Positions 22,558 through 31,458 of a DNA stretch of 64,000 nt are shown here, piece by piece. The position numbers and the translations under genes were made by a program. The DNA lies in contig CAZYPW010000007.1 of the NCBI GenBank assembly GCA_964649615.1, forward strand, positions 8,734 to 72,733, written 5' to 3'. This stretch comes from an uncultured Gammaproteobacteria bacterium. GTDB lineage: Bacteria > Patescibacteriota > Microgenomatia > Daviesbacterales > UBA10151. Positions within the stretch are counted from its first letter, which is position 1; every line of letters begins with the position of its first letter. Under the pieces are notes generated by a model. The model was not told the DNA's origin. It saw only the letters and a program-made list of their open reading frames with translations, and did not search any database.

Positions 22558-23084
22558 TGAAAATTGTACTTTTTGGCCCACAAGGTTCAGGAAAATCTAC
22601 TCAAGGCAAGGAGTTAGCGCAACATTTGAATATTCCTTATTTGAGTACTGGTGATATTTTTAGAAATTTGCCTGAAGATAGTGAAGAGGGAAAAAGAATA
22701 AAACAGATTTTAGCTGAGGGAAAATTAGTAGATGATCAAACCACAGTTGAAATAGTCAAAAATAAATTATCAGAACAAAAGTTTAAAGATGATTTTATCT
22801 TGGATGGATACCCAAGAACTTTGGAGCAACTAAATAGCTTTGACCCACAATTTGACAAAGTGGTTTATCTTAAGGTGCCCAAAGAAGAGTTGATACAAAG
22901 GTTGCTACAAAGGGGTAGGGCAGATGATACTCTTGAGATAATTAATACCAGACTTGACCATTATTTTAATCAAACAGAGCCGCTTTTAGATCATTTTAGG
23001 CAACAAGGGATTTTAGAAGAAATTGATGGCCTAGGCAGTATTGAGAAGATCCAGGATAATCTCAAAAGTAGTTTTGCAAAATGA
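22554..23084 (+). CDS. adk: adenylate kinase (short-lid form)
   Basis: [11 protein letters not shown]-loop, [16 protein letters not shown]. Confidence 0.9.
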   Translation: MMKIVLFGPQGSGKSTQGKELAQHLNIPYLSTGDIFRNLPEDSEEGKRIKQILAEGKLVDDQTTVEIVKNKLSEQKFKDDFILDGYPRTLEQLNSFDPQFDKVVYLKVPKEELIQRLLQRGRADDTLEIINTRLDHYFNQTEPLLDHFRQQGILEEIDGLGSIEKIQDNLKSSFAK

Positions 23085-23839
23085 GTAAGATAAGAAACTC
23101 TTACGAATTAAAGCTAATGAGAGAAAGCGGAAAGATCGCTGCTATAGCTTTAAAAAGGGCAATTGATGCTGTTAAGGTAGGGGTTTCAGAATTGGAGATA
23201 GATGAGATTGCCCAAAGGCAAATTTATAAATTAGGAGGGGATTTATCATACAAAAGCGTACCAGGCTATAAATTTGCCACTTGTATCACTGTGAATGACC
23301 AAGTTGTTCATGGGATACCAACAGATAGAAAATTTGTTGAGGGTGATTTTATCTCTGTTGATTTAGCAGTGAATTTTAAGGGTTGGCATACAGATTGTGC
23401 TTGGTCAAAACTATTAGGCCAAGATGCAGAGAAAGAAAGGTTTCTAGAAGCAGGAGAGAGAGCTTTATGGAAAGGGATTGAGCAAGCAGTTGATGGCAAT
23501 AGAATTGGAGATATATCTTTTGCAATTCAGAGCACAGTTGAGGGGGCAGGTTACAGCGTAGTTAGAAGTTTAGTTGGGCATGGAGTAGGGCAGAATCTGC
23601 ACGAGGAACCTGAGATTCCAGGCTATGGCAAAAAGGGGACAGGTTCAATTTTAAAGTCAGGCATGACTTTGGCTATTGAGGTAATTTATACTAAAAGCAG
23701 CTCAGATGTTATTTTGGATAAAGATGGGTGGACTTATAATTCAGCTGACGCCTCTTGGGGGGCAGTTTATGAGATGAGTGTGGTTGTAGGAAGAGAGAAA
23801 GCTGAAGTTTTAACTAGCATACAATCCTATGGGTTGTAA
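23081..23839 (+). CDS. map: methionine aminopeptidase type I
   Basis: Pita-bread fold motifs (VHGIP, HTDCAWS, VGHGVGQNLHEEP). Confidence 0.9.
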   Translation: MSKIRNSYELKLMRESGKIAAIALKRAIDAVKVGVSELEIDEIAQRQIYKLGGDLSYKSVPGYKFATCITVNDQVVHGIPTDRKFVEGDFISVDLAVNFKGWHTDCAWSKLLGQDAEKERFLEAGERALWKGIEQAVDGNRIGDISFAIQSTVEGAGYSVVRSLVGHGVGQNLHEEPEIPGYGKKGTGSILKSGMTLAIEVIYTKSSSDVILDKDGWTYNSADASWGAVYEMSVVVGREKAEVLTSIQSYGL

Positions 23840-23883
23840 ATTGAAGCTAGATTTGTTAAGATAATTTGCTTGGACTGATACTT

Positions 23884-24126
23884 ATGGCAAAAGATGTTCT
23901 TGAGGTTGAAGGTAAAGTAGTTGAGGTTTTACCAAACACCTTATTTAGAGTTAGTATTGAAAGATGTGATGATTTGCCTGAGCTTTTGGGCAGAGTAATT
24001 TTATGCCATATATCAGGTAAGATGAGGATGCACTATATTAGGCTCTTGGAAGGAGATAGAGTTAGGATTGAAATGAGCCCAAAATATGACTTGGACAAAG
24101 GAAGGATAACGTTTAGACTCAAATAG
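23884..24126 (+). CDS. infA: translation initiation factor IF-1
   Basis: [22 protein letters not shown] ... ISGKMRM...[19 protein letters not shown]1-like fold. Start taken at the internal ATG. Confidence 0.85.
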   Translation: MAKDVLEVEGKVVEVLPNTLFRVSIERCDDLPELLGRVILCHISGKMRMHYIRLLEGDRVRIEMSPKYDLDKGRITFRLK

Positions 24127-24195
24127 CGATGAGTTATTAGTTGGTAGTTCGTAGAAAAAATCTATGAACTATAAACTATAAACTATGAACTAATT

Positions 24196-24312
24196 ATGAA
24201 AGTATTAGCCAGTATTAAAAAAAGATGTAAATTTTGCAAAGTGGTTAAAAGAGAGGGTATTTTGTATATAATATGCCCACGTGAAGTAAGGCACAAACAA
24301 AGGCAGGGATAA
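24196..24312 (+). CDS. rpmJ: 50S ribosomal protein L36 (38 aa)
   Basis: [38 protein letters not shown]. Below the ORF-track cut-off; translated manually. Confidence 0.88.
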   Translation: MKVLASIKKRCKFCKVVKREGILYIICPREVRHKQRQG

Positions 24313-24315
24313 TTT

Positions 24316-24735
24316 ATGGCAAGAATAGCTGGTGTTGATTTACCGGAAAATAAAAGAGTTGATATTGGTTTAACCTATATATATGGTATAGGCCGTTCAA
24401 ATGTGATTTCAGCCATTAAAGTTGCTAATGTTGATGCTGGAAAGAGAATAAAGGATTTAACAGATGATGAGATAGGAAGGTTACAAAAGGCAATTGAAAA
24501 AATTAAAGTTGAAGGAGATTTAAGGCAAGAGGTTGAGCAAAATATCAGAAGGTTAGAAGACATTGGTAGTTATAGGGGGCTGCGGCATAGAAAAAATTTA
24601 CCCTCCCGCGGCCAAAGGACACGTTCAAATGCCAGAACAAAAAGAGGCAAGAGGAAGACAATTGGGGCAATGAAAAAAGAAGACCAAACAAAGGTAACTA
24701 CCGGAAAGGAAGCAAGCAGTGATACAAAAAGGTAG
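24316..24735 (+). CDS. rpsM: 30S ribosomal protein S13
   Basis: [26 protein letters not shown]. Confidence 0.95.
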   Translation: MARIAGVDLPENKRVDIGLTYIYGIGRSNVISAIKVANVDAGKRIKDLTDDEIGRLQKAIEKIKVEGDLRQEVEQNIRRLEDIGSYRGLRHRKNLPSRGQRTRSNARTKRGKRKTIGAMKKEDQTKVTTGKEASSDTKR

Positions 24736-25111
24736 GCAGATTAAAATTCAAAAAGAAGACAGAAAAATCACTCAAGGTAGGGTGTATGTGACTGCTACTT
24801 TTAACAATACTATAGTTACTCTAACAGATAGTGCGGGAAATACTCTAGCTTGGGGTTCTTCCGGCGCTTCAGGTTTTAAGGGTGCAAGAAGAGCTACACC
24901 TTTTGCTGCCATTTCTGCTATGGAGCAGGTGGCCCAAAAAGCTAAAGCTTTAGGAATGGCTACTTGTGAAATTTTTATTAAAGGGCCAGGCAGCGGGCGT
25001 GATGCAACCATTAAAGCTTTAAGGGGAGCCGGTATCAATATCACTATGATTGCAGATATTACCCCTATTCCTCACAATGGCCCAAGAGCTAAGAAAAGGA
25101 GAAGAGTCTAA
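24719..25111 (+). CDS. rpsK: 30S ribosomal protein S11
   Basis: [14 protein letters not shown]...[19 protein letters not shown]. Confidence 0.95.
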   Translation: MIQKGRQIKIQKEDRKITQGRVYVTATFNNTIVTLTDSAGNTLAWGSSGASGFKGARRATPFAAISAMEQVAQKAKALGMATCEIFIKGPGSGRDATIKALRGAGINITMIADITPIPHNGPRAKKRRRV

Positions 25112-25714
25112 ATGGGAAGGTATACTGGTCCAAAAAGGAGATTATCAAGGAGAGAAGGCTTGCCACTTTTTGCAAAAGATGTTAAATCTTTAGAGAGAAA
25201 AGGAATAATACCTCCAGGCCAACATGGGTTAAAAAGTAGAAGAAGAATTTCAGAATATGGTATCCAGCTTCGGGAGAAACAAAAGGCAAAAAGATTTTAT
25301 GGTTTGATGGAGAGGCAATTTAAAAAATATGTAGATTTAGCATCTAAAGTTAAAGGTTCAACAGGGTTGGCGCTACTACATTTTTTGGAGAGTAGGTTGG
25401 ATAATATAGTATATAGGTTAGGTTTCGCGTCAAGTAGGGCAGGTGCAAGGCAAATAGTCTCGCACGGACACATTTTGGTAGATGGTAAGAAAGTTAATAT
25501 CCCCTCATATCAGATGAAAATTGGACAAACACTTGCAATCTCTTCCAAATTATTGGATAATACACAGGTTAAAAAGAGTTTGGATAATCAAGAAACCTTG
25601 CCAGAGTGGCTGGAAAGAAAAGCTACAGTAGGCAAGGTTTTAAGAATGCCAGAGCGTTCTGAGATGGAACAAGCTATTGATGAACAATTAATTGTAGAGT
25701 ATTATTCAAGGTAA
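25112..25714 (+). CDS. rpsD: 30S ribosomal protein S4
   Basis: [15 protein letters not shown] ... S4 domain [15 protein letters not shown]. Confidence 0.95.
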   Translation: MGRYTGPKRRLSRREGLPLFAKDVKSLERKGIIPPGQHGLKSRRRISEYGIQLREKQKAKRFYGLMERQFKKYVDLASKVKGSTGLALLHFLESRLDNIVYRLGFASSRAGARQIVSHGHILVDGKKVNIPSYQMKIGQTLAISSKLLDNTQVKKSLDNQETLPEWLERKATVGKVLRMPERSEMEQAIDEQLIVEYYSR

Positions 25715-25718
25715 AAAA

Positions 25719-26627
25719 ATGGTATTTAAAGTTAAAGTAGAAAAAGAAGCAGAAAATTTTGCCCAGTTGGCAATTGAGCCTTTAGAGGCAGGATTTGGCC
25801 ATACCTTGGGAAATAGCTTAAGAAGAATATTACTTACTTCTTTAGAAGGAGGAGCAATTATAAGTGTAAAAATTGATGGTGTGGCTCATCAATTTTCCAC
25901 CATAGATGGGGTACTGGAGGATATGATAGAAATCATTCTTAATATTAAAAAGATCAGAGTAAGAGTGCATTCTGATAAAGAAGCTAAGTTATCAATTAAA
26001 GCATCGGGCAAAAAAGAGATCAAAGCAGGAGATTTTGAGGTGGAGGGAGATGTAGAAATTGCTAACCCAAAGCAGCATATTGCCACTTTAACAGACAGCA
26101 AGTCTAAGTTAAATATGGAATTGACTGTTTCCAAAGGTAGGGGTTACTCTTTGGCAGAAGAAAGAAAAATGAGTGAAATTGGAGTTATTTCAATTGATGC
26201 ACTTTTTACTCCAGTTGCAGCAGTTAACTATACTGTTGAACCAACTAGGGTAGGAAGAAGCACAGATTTTGATAAATTAAATTTAGAGATTACCACTGAT
26301 GGAACTGTTACTCCTCAGGAGGCTTTGAATGAGGCTGCAAAAATCCTTTCTGAAACATTTAAAAGAATATATGAGCCAGTGGTGGAACAGGAAGCCGAAG
26401 AAACTGAGCCTAAAATTTCTGAGGAAGTTTTAAAGATGACTGTTGAGGAATTGGATCTTCCTGTCAGAATCACTAATGCCCTAAGGGCCATTGAAATAAA
26501 TGTTATTGAAGAACTAATCGCTGTGCCAAGGCAGCAGCTTCTTAAAGCCAAAAACTTGGGCACAAAATCCTTAAGCTTAATTTCTGAGAAGCTGACGGAG
26601 AGGGGGTTGTCTTTGAGTGAGACATAG
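25719..26627 (+). CDS. rpoA: DNA-directed RNA polymerase alpha subunit
   Basis: 302 aa. NTD GFGHTLGNSLRRILL, CTD LDLPVRITNALRA. Confidence 0.92.
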   Translation: MVFKVKVEKEAENFAQLAIEPLEAGFGHTLGNSLRRILLTSLEGGAIISVKIDGVAHQFSTIDGVLEDMIEIILNIKKIRVRVHSDKEAKLSIKASGKKEIKAGDFEVEGDVEIANPKQHIATLTDSKSKLNMELTVSKGRGYSLAEERKMSEIGVISIDALFTPVAAVNYTVEPTRVGRSTDFDKLNLEITTDGTVTPQEALNEAAKILSETFKRIYEPVVEQEAEETEPKISEEVLKMTVEELDLPVRITNALRAIEINVIEELIAVPRQQLLKAKNLGTKSLSLISEKLTERGLSLSET

Positions 26628-27165
26628 GGTATATGGCAAAAAACTTGGGTTACACAAAGATCAACGGGATGTACTATTCAAAAGTTTAGTGTACCATCTT
26701 TTCTCCTACGGGACTATCCAAACATCAGAAACAAAAGCCAAAGCCATTAAGGGTTTGGTAGATAAGATCATCAATTTAGCCAAAAGCAAAAATTCACGAA
26801 GATTGGTTCAAAGCTATTTTAATAATAAGCTGCTTGAGGAGAGGTTAACAAAAGAACTTTTACCAAAATTGCAAAGTAGAAGATCTGGTTATACCTCACT
26901 GGTAAGATTAGGTAAAAGGTTAGGGGATAATAGTATGATGGTCAGAATGAGTTTGATTGGAGTTGGAGAGTTAAGACCAGTTAAGAAGCAGTTATCAGTT
27001 CTCAGTGGTCAGTTGTCAGATAGAGGTTCATCAGTTGCCAGTAAACCAGATAAACAGAAAACTGGAAAACTAAATTCCGAAAACAGAAAACCGAAAACTG
27101 ATAACAGGGGAAAAGCAGCCTCTTCAAAGACTAAGACAATAGCTAAAAGGAGGACATCTAAGTGA
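26617..27165 (+). CDS. rplQ: 50S ribosomal protein L17 (GTG start), with ~65 aa basic C-terminal tail
   Basis: RHRVYGKKLG...RRSGYTSLVRLGKRLGD. Confidence 0.9.
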   Translation: MRHRVYGKKLGLHKDQRDVLFKSLVYHLFSYGTIQTSETKAKAIKGLVDKIINLAKSKNSRRLVQSYFNNKLLEERLTKELLPKLQSRRSGYTSLVRLGKRLGDNSMMVRMSLIGVGELRPVKKQLSVLSGQLSDRGSSVASKPDKQKTGKLNSENRKPKTDNRGKAASSKTKTIAKRRTSK

Positions 27166-27581
27166 GTACAAATGCTTTATCATCAAAAGATATTAAAAGG
27201 CAGTGGCATTTGATTGATGCCAAGGATAAAATATTGGGAAGGCTGGCAACAGAGGTGGCAACAATTTTAATGGGTAAGAATAAACCCCAGTATGTTAGCT
27301 ATCTTGATAGCGGTGATTATGTAGTAGTTAAAAATGCAGCATATATAAAAGTTACAGGCAAAAAACTGCACAAAAAAAAATATATAAGGCACTCAGGCTA
27401 TCCTGGCGGGTTGAAAACTGAAACGCTGGATAAGTTATTAGCTAAAAAGCCAGAGAGAGTAATTGAGCACGCAGTTTCAGGCATGCTGCCAAATACTAAA
27501 TTAGGAAAACAAATGATTAAAAAATTAAAAATATTTGCAGAAGAGAAGCATTCCTATCAAAAACAATTAGGAGAGAGTTAA
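27162..27581 (+). CDS. rplM: 50S ribosomal protein L13 (GTG start)
   Basis: KRQWHLIDAKDKILGRLATEVA. Confidence 0.9.
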   Translation: MSTNALSSKDIKRQWHLIDAKDKILGRLATEVATILMGKNKPQYVSYLDSGDYVVVKNAAYIKVTGKKLHKKKYIRHSGYPGGLKTETLDKLLAKKPERVIEHAVSGMLPNTKLGKQMIKKLKIFAEEKHSYQKQLGES

Positions 27582-27582
27582 T

Positions 27583-27999
27583 ATGGAAGAAAGTAATGAA
27601 AAGAAAGCCTCTAAAACAGTTACTTCAGTAGGTAGAAGAAAAGAGGCAATTTCAAGGGTTAGATTGATAGAAGGTAATGGCCAGGTAGTTGTAAATGGTA
27701 AACCAATATCGCAGTATTTTACTGGAGCTATTTTCCAAAAACTCTATAGCAAACCTTTGGAGTTAACTAAAACTATTGGTAAATATTCTGTTTCTGTAAA
27801 AGTTGAAGGAGGAGGAAAGGTCTCTCAACTTGGAGCAGTGATTCACGGAATTTCTAGGGCTCTTTCAAAACAAAATCCCGATTTTAGAACTTTACTAAAA
27901 AGAGAAGGATTATTAACAAGGGATGCAAGAGTTAAAGAGAGAAGAAAATTTGGCCATGCAGGAAAAGCCAGAGCGAAGAAGCAGTCACCAAAGAGATAG
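27583..27999 (+). CDS. rpsI: 30S ribosomal protein S9
   Basis: C-terminal ...RDARVKERRKFGHAGKARAKKQSPKR. Confidence 0.92.
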   Translation: MEESNEKKASKTVTSVGRRKEAISRVRLIEGNGQVVVNGKPISQYFTGAIFQKLYSKPLELTKTIGKYSVSVKVEGGGKVSQLGAVIHGISRALSKQNPDFRTLLKREGLLTRDARVKERRKFGHAGKARAKKQSPKR

Positions 28000-28022
28000 T
28001 TTGTGTTAGAATATTTATTTAA

Positions 28023-29432
28023 ATGAGTAATGTTCCTCCAGAGAAGATTTTTAAAAGCTATGATATCAGAGGCGTATACCCTGAAGAAATAAATGAAGAA
28101 TTTGCTATTCCTATCACCAGAGCAATTTATAAACTAATACTAGATCAATTAAATTCTGTGGGTCCTTTAACTGTAGCTGTGGGGCGTGATATGAGACTAT
28201 CCTCCCCTGCCCTATTTGAAAATGTTACTAAAACATTAATTAAGTTAGGTGCTAAAGTAATAGATTTAGGAATTGTTTCTACCCCCACCTTTTATTATGC
28301 AGTTTTTAAAGGGGGGTTAGATGGAGGTGTACAGATTACTGCTTCCCATAATCCCAAAGAATATAACGGCATAAAAATAGTTAGAAAATCTCCTACAGGT
28401 TTAGTCAAGATTGGTAAATCTACTGGCATGGATGATATTAAGAAAATGGCAATTGAAGGAATAGATCTACCAAAAGTAGATGGTGGATCTATTACCAAAA
28501 AGATGGGAGTAGTTGTGGAGGAAGTAGAAAATGCTTTAAGGATTGCCGGAAACCCAATCTTAAATTCCTATAAAGTTGTGGCTGATGCTGCTAATGCTTT
28601 GGGGGCTTTATATATTGAGGAGTTATTTAAACATATCCCCGGTGAATTAATAAAGATGAATTTTGAACTGGATGGAACTTTTCCTGCACATCAGGCAGAT
28701 CCTTTGCAAAAAGAAACTTTAGTTGATTTGCAAAAAAGAGTAGTTAAAGAGGGTGCTGATTTAGGGTTGGCTCCGGATGGGGACGGAGATAGACTATTTT
28801 TTATTGATGAAAAAGGTCAAATTGTACAGCCATCTTTTATTACAGCACTTGTGGCCAGAGAACTTTTGAAAAAACATAAAGGCGAAACAATTTTAGCAGA
28901 GATCCGTTATATCTTAACTCCTAAAAGGATTGTAGAAGAATTGGGGGGAACATTTGTTATTACCAAGGTAGGCCATGCTTTTATTACAGAACAACTTCAT
29001 AAAACTAAAGGAATATTTGCAGGTGAATCATCAGGACATTATTTCTTTAGGGAAACAGGCAATGCTGAGTCTCAACTGCCAGTTATTTTGACAGTTTTAA
29101 AAGTTATGACAGAGGAAGGTAAAAAATTATCAGAAATAGTAGAAGATTTAAGGAGATCTCATGAGTCAGGGGAGTTTAATTTTAGAGTGAAAAACACCCC
29201 GGAGGTTTTAGCAGCTATAAAAAAAGAGTTCTCTGATGGGCAAATAGATGAATTAGATGGAGTGGCCATCTCATATACAGATTGGAGACTGTCTTTAAGA
29301 TCTTCTAATACAGAACCATTACTAAGGTTAAATGTAGAAGCTGATGTTGGTACCTCTCTGGAGGATAAAAAACAAAAAGTAATAGATTTAATTAAAAAGC
29401 ATGCCATCTTAGAAGATGGTAGTGGTCATTAG
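28023..29432 (+). CDS. phosphoglucomutase/phosphomannomutase family phosphohexomutase
   Basis: Active-site TASHNPKEYNGIK, metal loop APDGDGDR, sugar-binding GESSGHYFF. Confidence 0.82.
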   Translation: MSNVPPEKIFKSYDIRGVYPEEINEEFAIPITRAIYKLILDQLNSVGPLTVAVGRDMRLSSPALFENVTKTLIKLGAKVIDLGIVSTPTFYYAVFKGGLDGGVQITASHNPKEYNGIKIVRKSPTGLVKIGKSTGMDDIKKMAIEGIDLPKVDGGSITKKMGVVVEEVENALRIAGNPILNSYKVVADAANALGALYIEELFKHIPGELIKMNFELDGTFPAHQADPLQKETLVDLQKRVVKEGADLGLAPDGDGDRLFFIDEKGQIVQPSFITALVARELLKKHKGETILAEIRYILTPKRIVEELGGTFVITKVGHAFITEQLHKTKGIFAGESSGHYFFRETGNAESQLPVILTVLKVMTEEGKKLSEIVEDLRRSHESGEFNFRVKNTPEVLAAIKKEFSDGQIDELDGVAISYTDWRLSLRSSNTEPLLRLNVEADVGTSLEDKKQKVIDLIKKHAILEDGSGH

Positions 29433-29471
29433 GTACTTGTAAAAAATATTTAAATATGATTTAATATTTTT

Positions 29472-29603
29472 GCATCAAGAGTTCATGTACCATACGGTAC
29501 GTGACGGCAACCGGAAAGAACGGTGCCAAATCCTTAGAGAGGAAGATGCGTCCTGAGAAAAGTCGAAGGAAAACTTTAAGCCTCTCGAGTGAGAGGTTTT
29601 TTT
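29472..29603 (+). promoter_or_regulatory. S-box (SAM-I clan) riboswitch with intrinsic terminator, upstream of metK
   Basis: P1 GCAUC/GAUGC, J1/2 AAGAG, P3/J3-4 GGCAACC-GGAAAGAAC-GGUGCCAAAUCC. P2 is a plain GUACC-AUA-CGGUAC hairpin with no kink-turn block. P4 is minimal. Terminator CCUCUCGAGUGAGAGG+U7 at 29581-29603. The aptamer GAGAGG can alternatively pair with the terminator 5' arm. Confidence 0.65.
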
Positions 29604-29708
29604 AATCGGACTGAAGTAAAAAACAATTATAATTTTCTTAAATTGTTTTTTGCAAGGGAGATCGCTTGCAAAAATTGCGAATAAGCAATTTTTGACAAGG
29701 GAAAAAAC

Positions 29709-30824
29709 ATGATTAAGACTAATGGTATAACAACATTTACATCAGAATCAGTTTGTGCTGGCCATCCGGATAAAATCTGCGACCAGATTTCTGATGCTAT
29801 TTTAGATGCGGTTTTATCCCAAGATCCTCAAGGCAGAACAGCCATCGAATGTTTGGCTGGAAACAACAGACTGATTATTGCAGGAGAGGTAGGGGCAAAA
29901 GCGAAAGTAGATTTTAAAAAAATTGCCAGAGACCAAATTAAAAGGTTGGGTTACACTGATCCTAAATTTAACTTTTCAGATAAATCCCCTATTGAAGTTT
30001 TTGTCCATGAGCAATCTCCGGAAATTGCAGTGGGAGTAAAGAAAAAAGGTGCAGGTGATCAGGGTATGATGTTTGGATATGCCTGCAGGGAAACAACTGC
30101 TTTAATGCCGCTGCCTATTATGATGGCACACTCTTTGACCAAAAGAATGGATACTGTCAGGGAAGAAAATATTGTCAAATACTTAAGGCCGGATGGAAAG
30201 TCTCAGGTGACTATAGAATATAGAAATGGTAAACCAGATAAAGTATTGCAGGTTGTGATAGCGGTGCCCCATAAAGAAACTGTTAACTTAGATGAAGTGA
30301 GAGAAGATGTCTATAATTTTATAGTTGTGCCGGTTTTGGAAATGTATGGATATAAAATTAAGAAAAAGGATTTAATTGTTAATGGTACAGGAATCTGGCA
30401 CAATGGCGGGCCGGCATCTGATTGCGGTTTAACTGGTAGGAAAATTGTAGTTGATACATATGGAGGATATGCCAGAGTGGGTGGTGGAGCATTTTCCGGG
30501 AAAGAACCGTCAAAAGTGGATAGGGGCGGAGCATATGCTGCCAGATTTTTGGCTAAAAATATTGTGGCAGAGGGTTTAGCAGAAAAAGCAGAAGTGAGAC
30601 TGGCATATTTTATCGGGGCTAAAAAACCCACTATGGAAGATGTGGAAACTTTTGGCACTAACAAAAAGAGCCATAAAGTAATAATCTCTTTTATGAATAA
30701 GATTTTAGATACATCTGTTTCAGGAATTTTGCAGGGATTGGATTTACAAAGACCAATTTATTTACCAACTGCTGCATATGGTCACTTTGGCCGTGAAGAA
30801 TTCCCCTGGGAAAGAATAGTTTAA
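29709..30824 (+). CDS. metK: S-adenosylmethionine synthetase
   Basis: FTSESVCAGHPDKICDQISDAILDA, GAGDQGMMFGYA, GGGAFSGKEPSKVDRGGAY. Confidence 0.95.
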   Translation: MIKTNGITTFTSESVCAGHPDKICDQISDAILDAVLSQDPQGRTAIECLAGNNRLIIAGEVGAKAKVDFKKIARDQIKRLGYTDPKFNFSDKSPIEVFVHEQSPEIAVGVKKKGAGDQGMMFGYACRETTALMPLPIMMAHSLTKRMDTVREENIVKYLRPDGKSQVTIEYRNGKPDKVLQVVIAVPHKETVNLDEVREDVYNFIVVPVLEMYGYKIKKKDLIVNGTGIWHNGGPASDCGLTGRKIVVDTYGGYARVGGGAFSGKEPSKVDRGGAYAARFLAKNIVAEGLAEKAEVRLAYFIGAKKPTMEDVETFGTNKKSHKVIISFMNKILDTSVSGILQGLDLQRPIYLPTAAYGHFGREEFPWERIV

Positions 30825-30888
30825 TTCTTCTGTCATTGCGAGCCCCGAAGGGGCGTGGCAATCTTTATTTTGCTATAATTTCATTTAC

Positions 30889-31458
30889 ATGAGTAATTTT
30901 AAAGACTTTTATCATTATAAAGGCGCTGAGTTAACACCTTCTGAAAAGGTGGAAAGAAAAGTTATAGAAATTTTGCTTAACTCACAACTTCCTGATAGCC
31001 AAAGAGAAAGTTCTATTGTCTGGGAAATAAAACACTCTTCAGGTTGTGTACAAATTGCCAGAGTTTTAGCTCAAAAAAGAAACCTCGATGCTGATATTGC
31101 TGCAACAGCATCACTACTTCATGATATCTATGTAATTGTGGAAGGAAAATATAAAGATCATGCAAAACTCGGTGCACCGATAGCTGAAAAAATTCTGAGA
31201 GAAATAGGTGGATTTTCAGATGGGGAAATAAAAACAATAACTGATGCGGTCGCACACCATAGTGAAAAAGAAGTGTATACGGATAATCCTTATATAGAAA
31301 TAGTTAAAGATGTTGATGTGTTTGACTGCTCATTTTATAAAAATGCTGAAGGGTATTACAGATTACATAAAAGTGGAGAAATTGTTAGAGAGTATGAGAA
31401 TAGAATTAAAAAGGTGAGAGAAGAATTCAATCTGCCTCCTGACCCAATTTTCAGATGA
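30889..31458 (+). CDS. HD-domain phosphohydrolase (YqeK-like)
   Basis: H...LLHDI...H...D metal-binding pattern, ~190 aa. Confidence 0.65.
   Translation: MSNFKDFYHYKGAELTPSEKVERKVIEILLNSQLPDSQRESSIVWEIKHSSGCVQIARVLAQKRNLDADIAATASLLHDIYVIVEGKYKDHAKLGAPIAEKILREIGGFSDGEIKTITDAVAHHSEKEVYTDNPYIEIVKDVDVFDCSFYKNAEGYYRLHKSGEIVREYENRIKKVREEFNLPPDPIFR

Noticed and set aside
29641-29700. Promoter for metK located downstream of the riboswitch (TTGACA at 29692)
   Set aside because: The -35-like hexamer is only 17 nt from the ATG. It is better explained as part of the repeated palindromic element.
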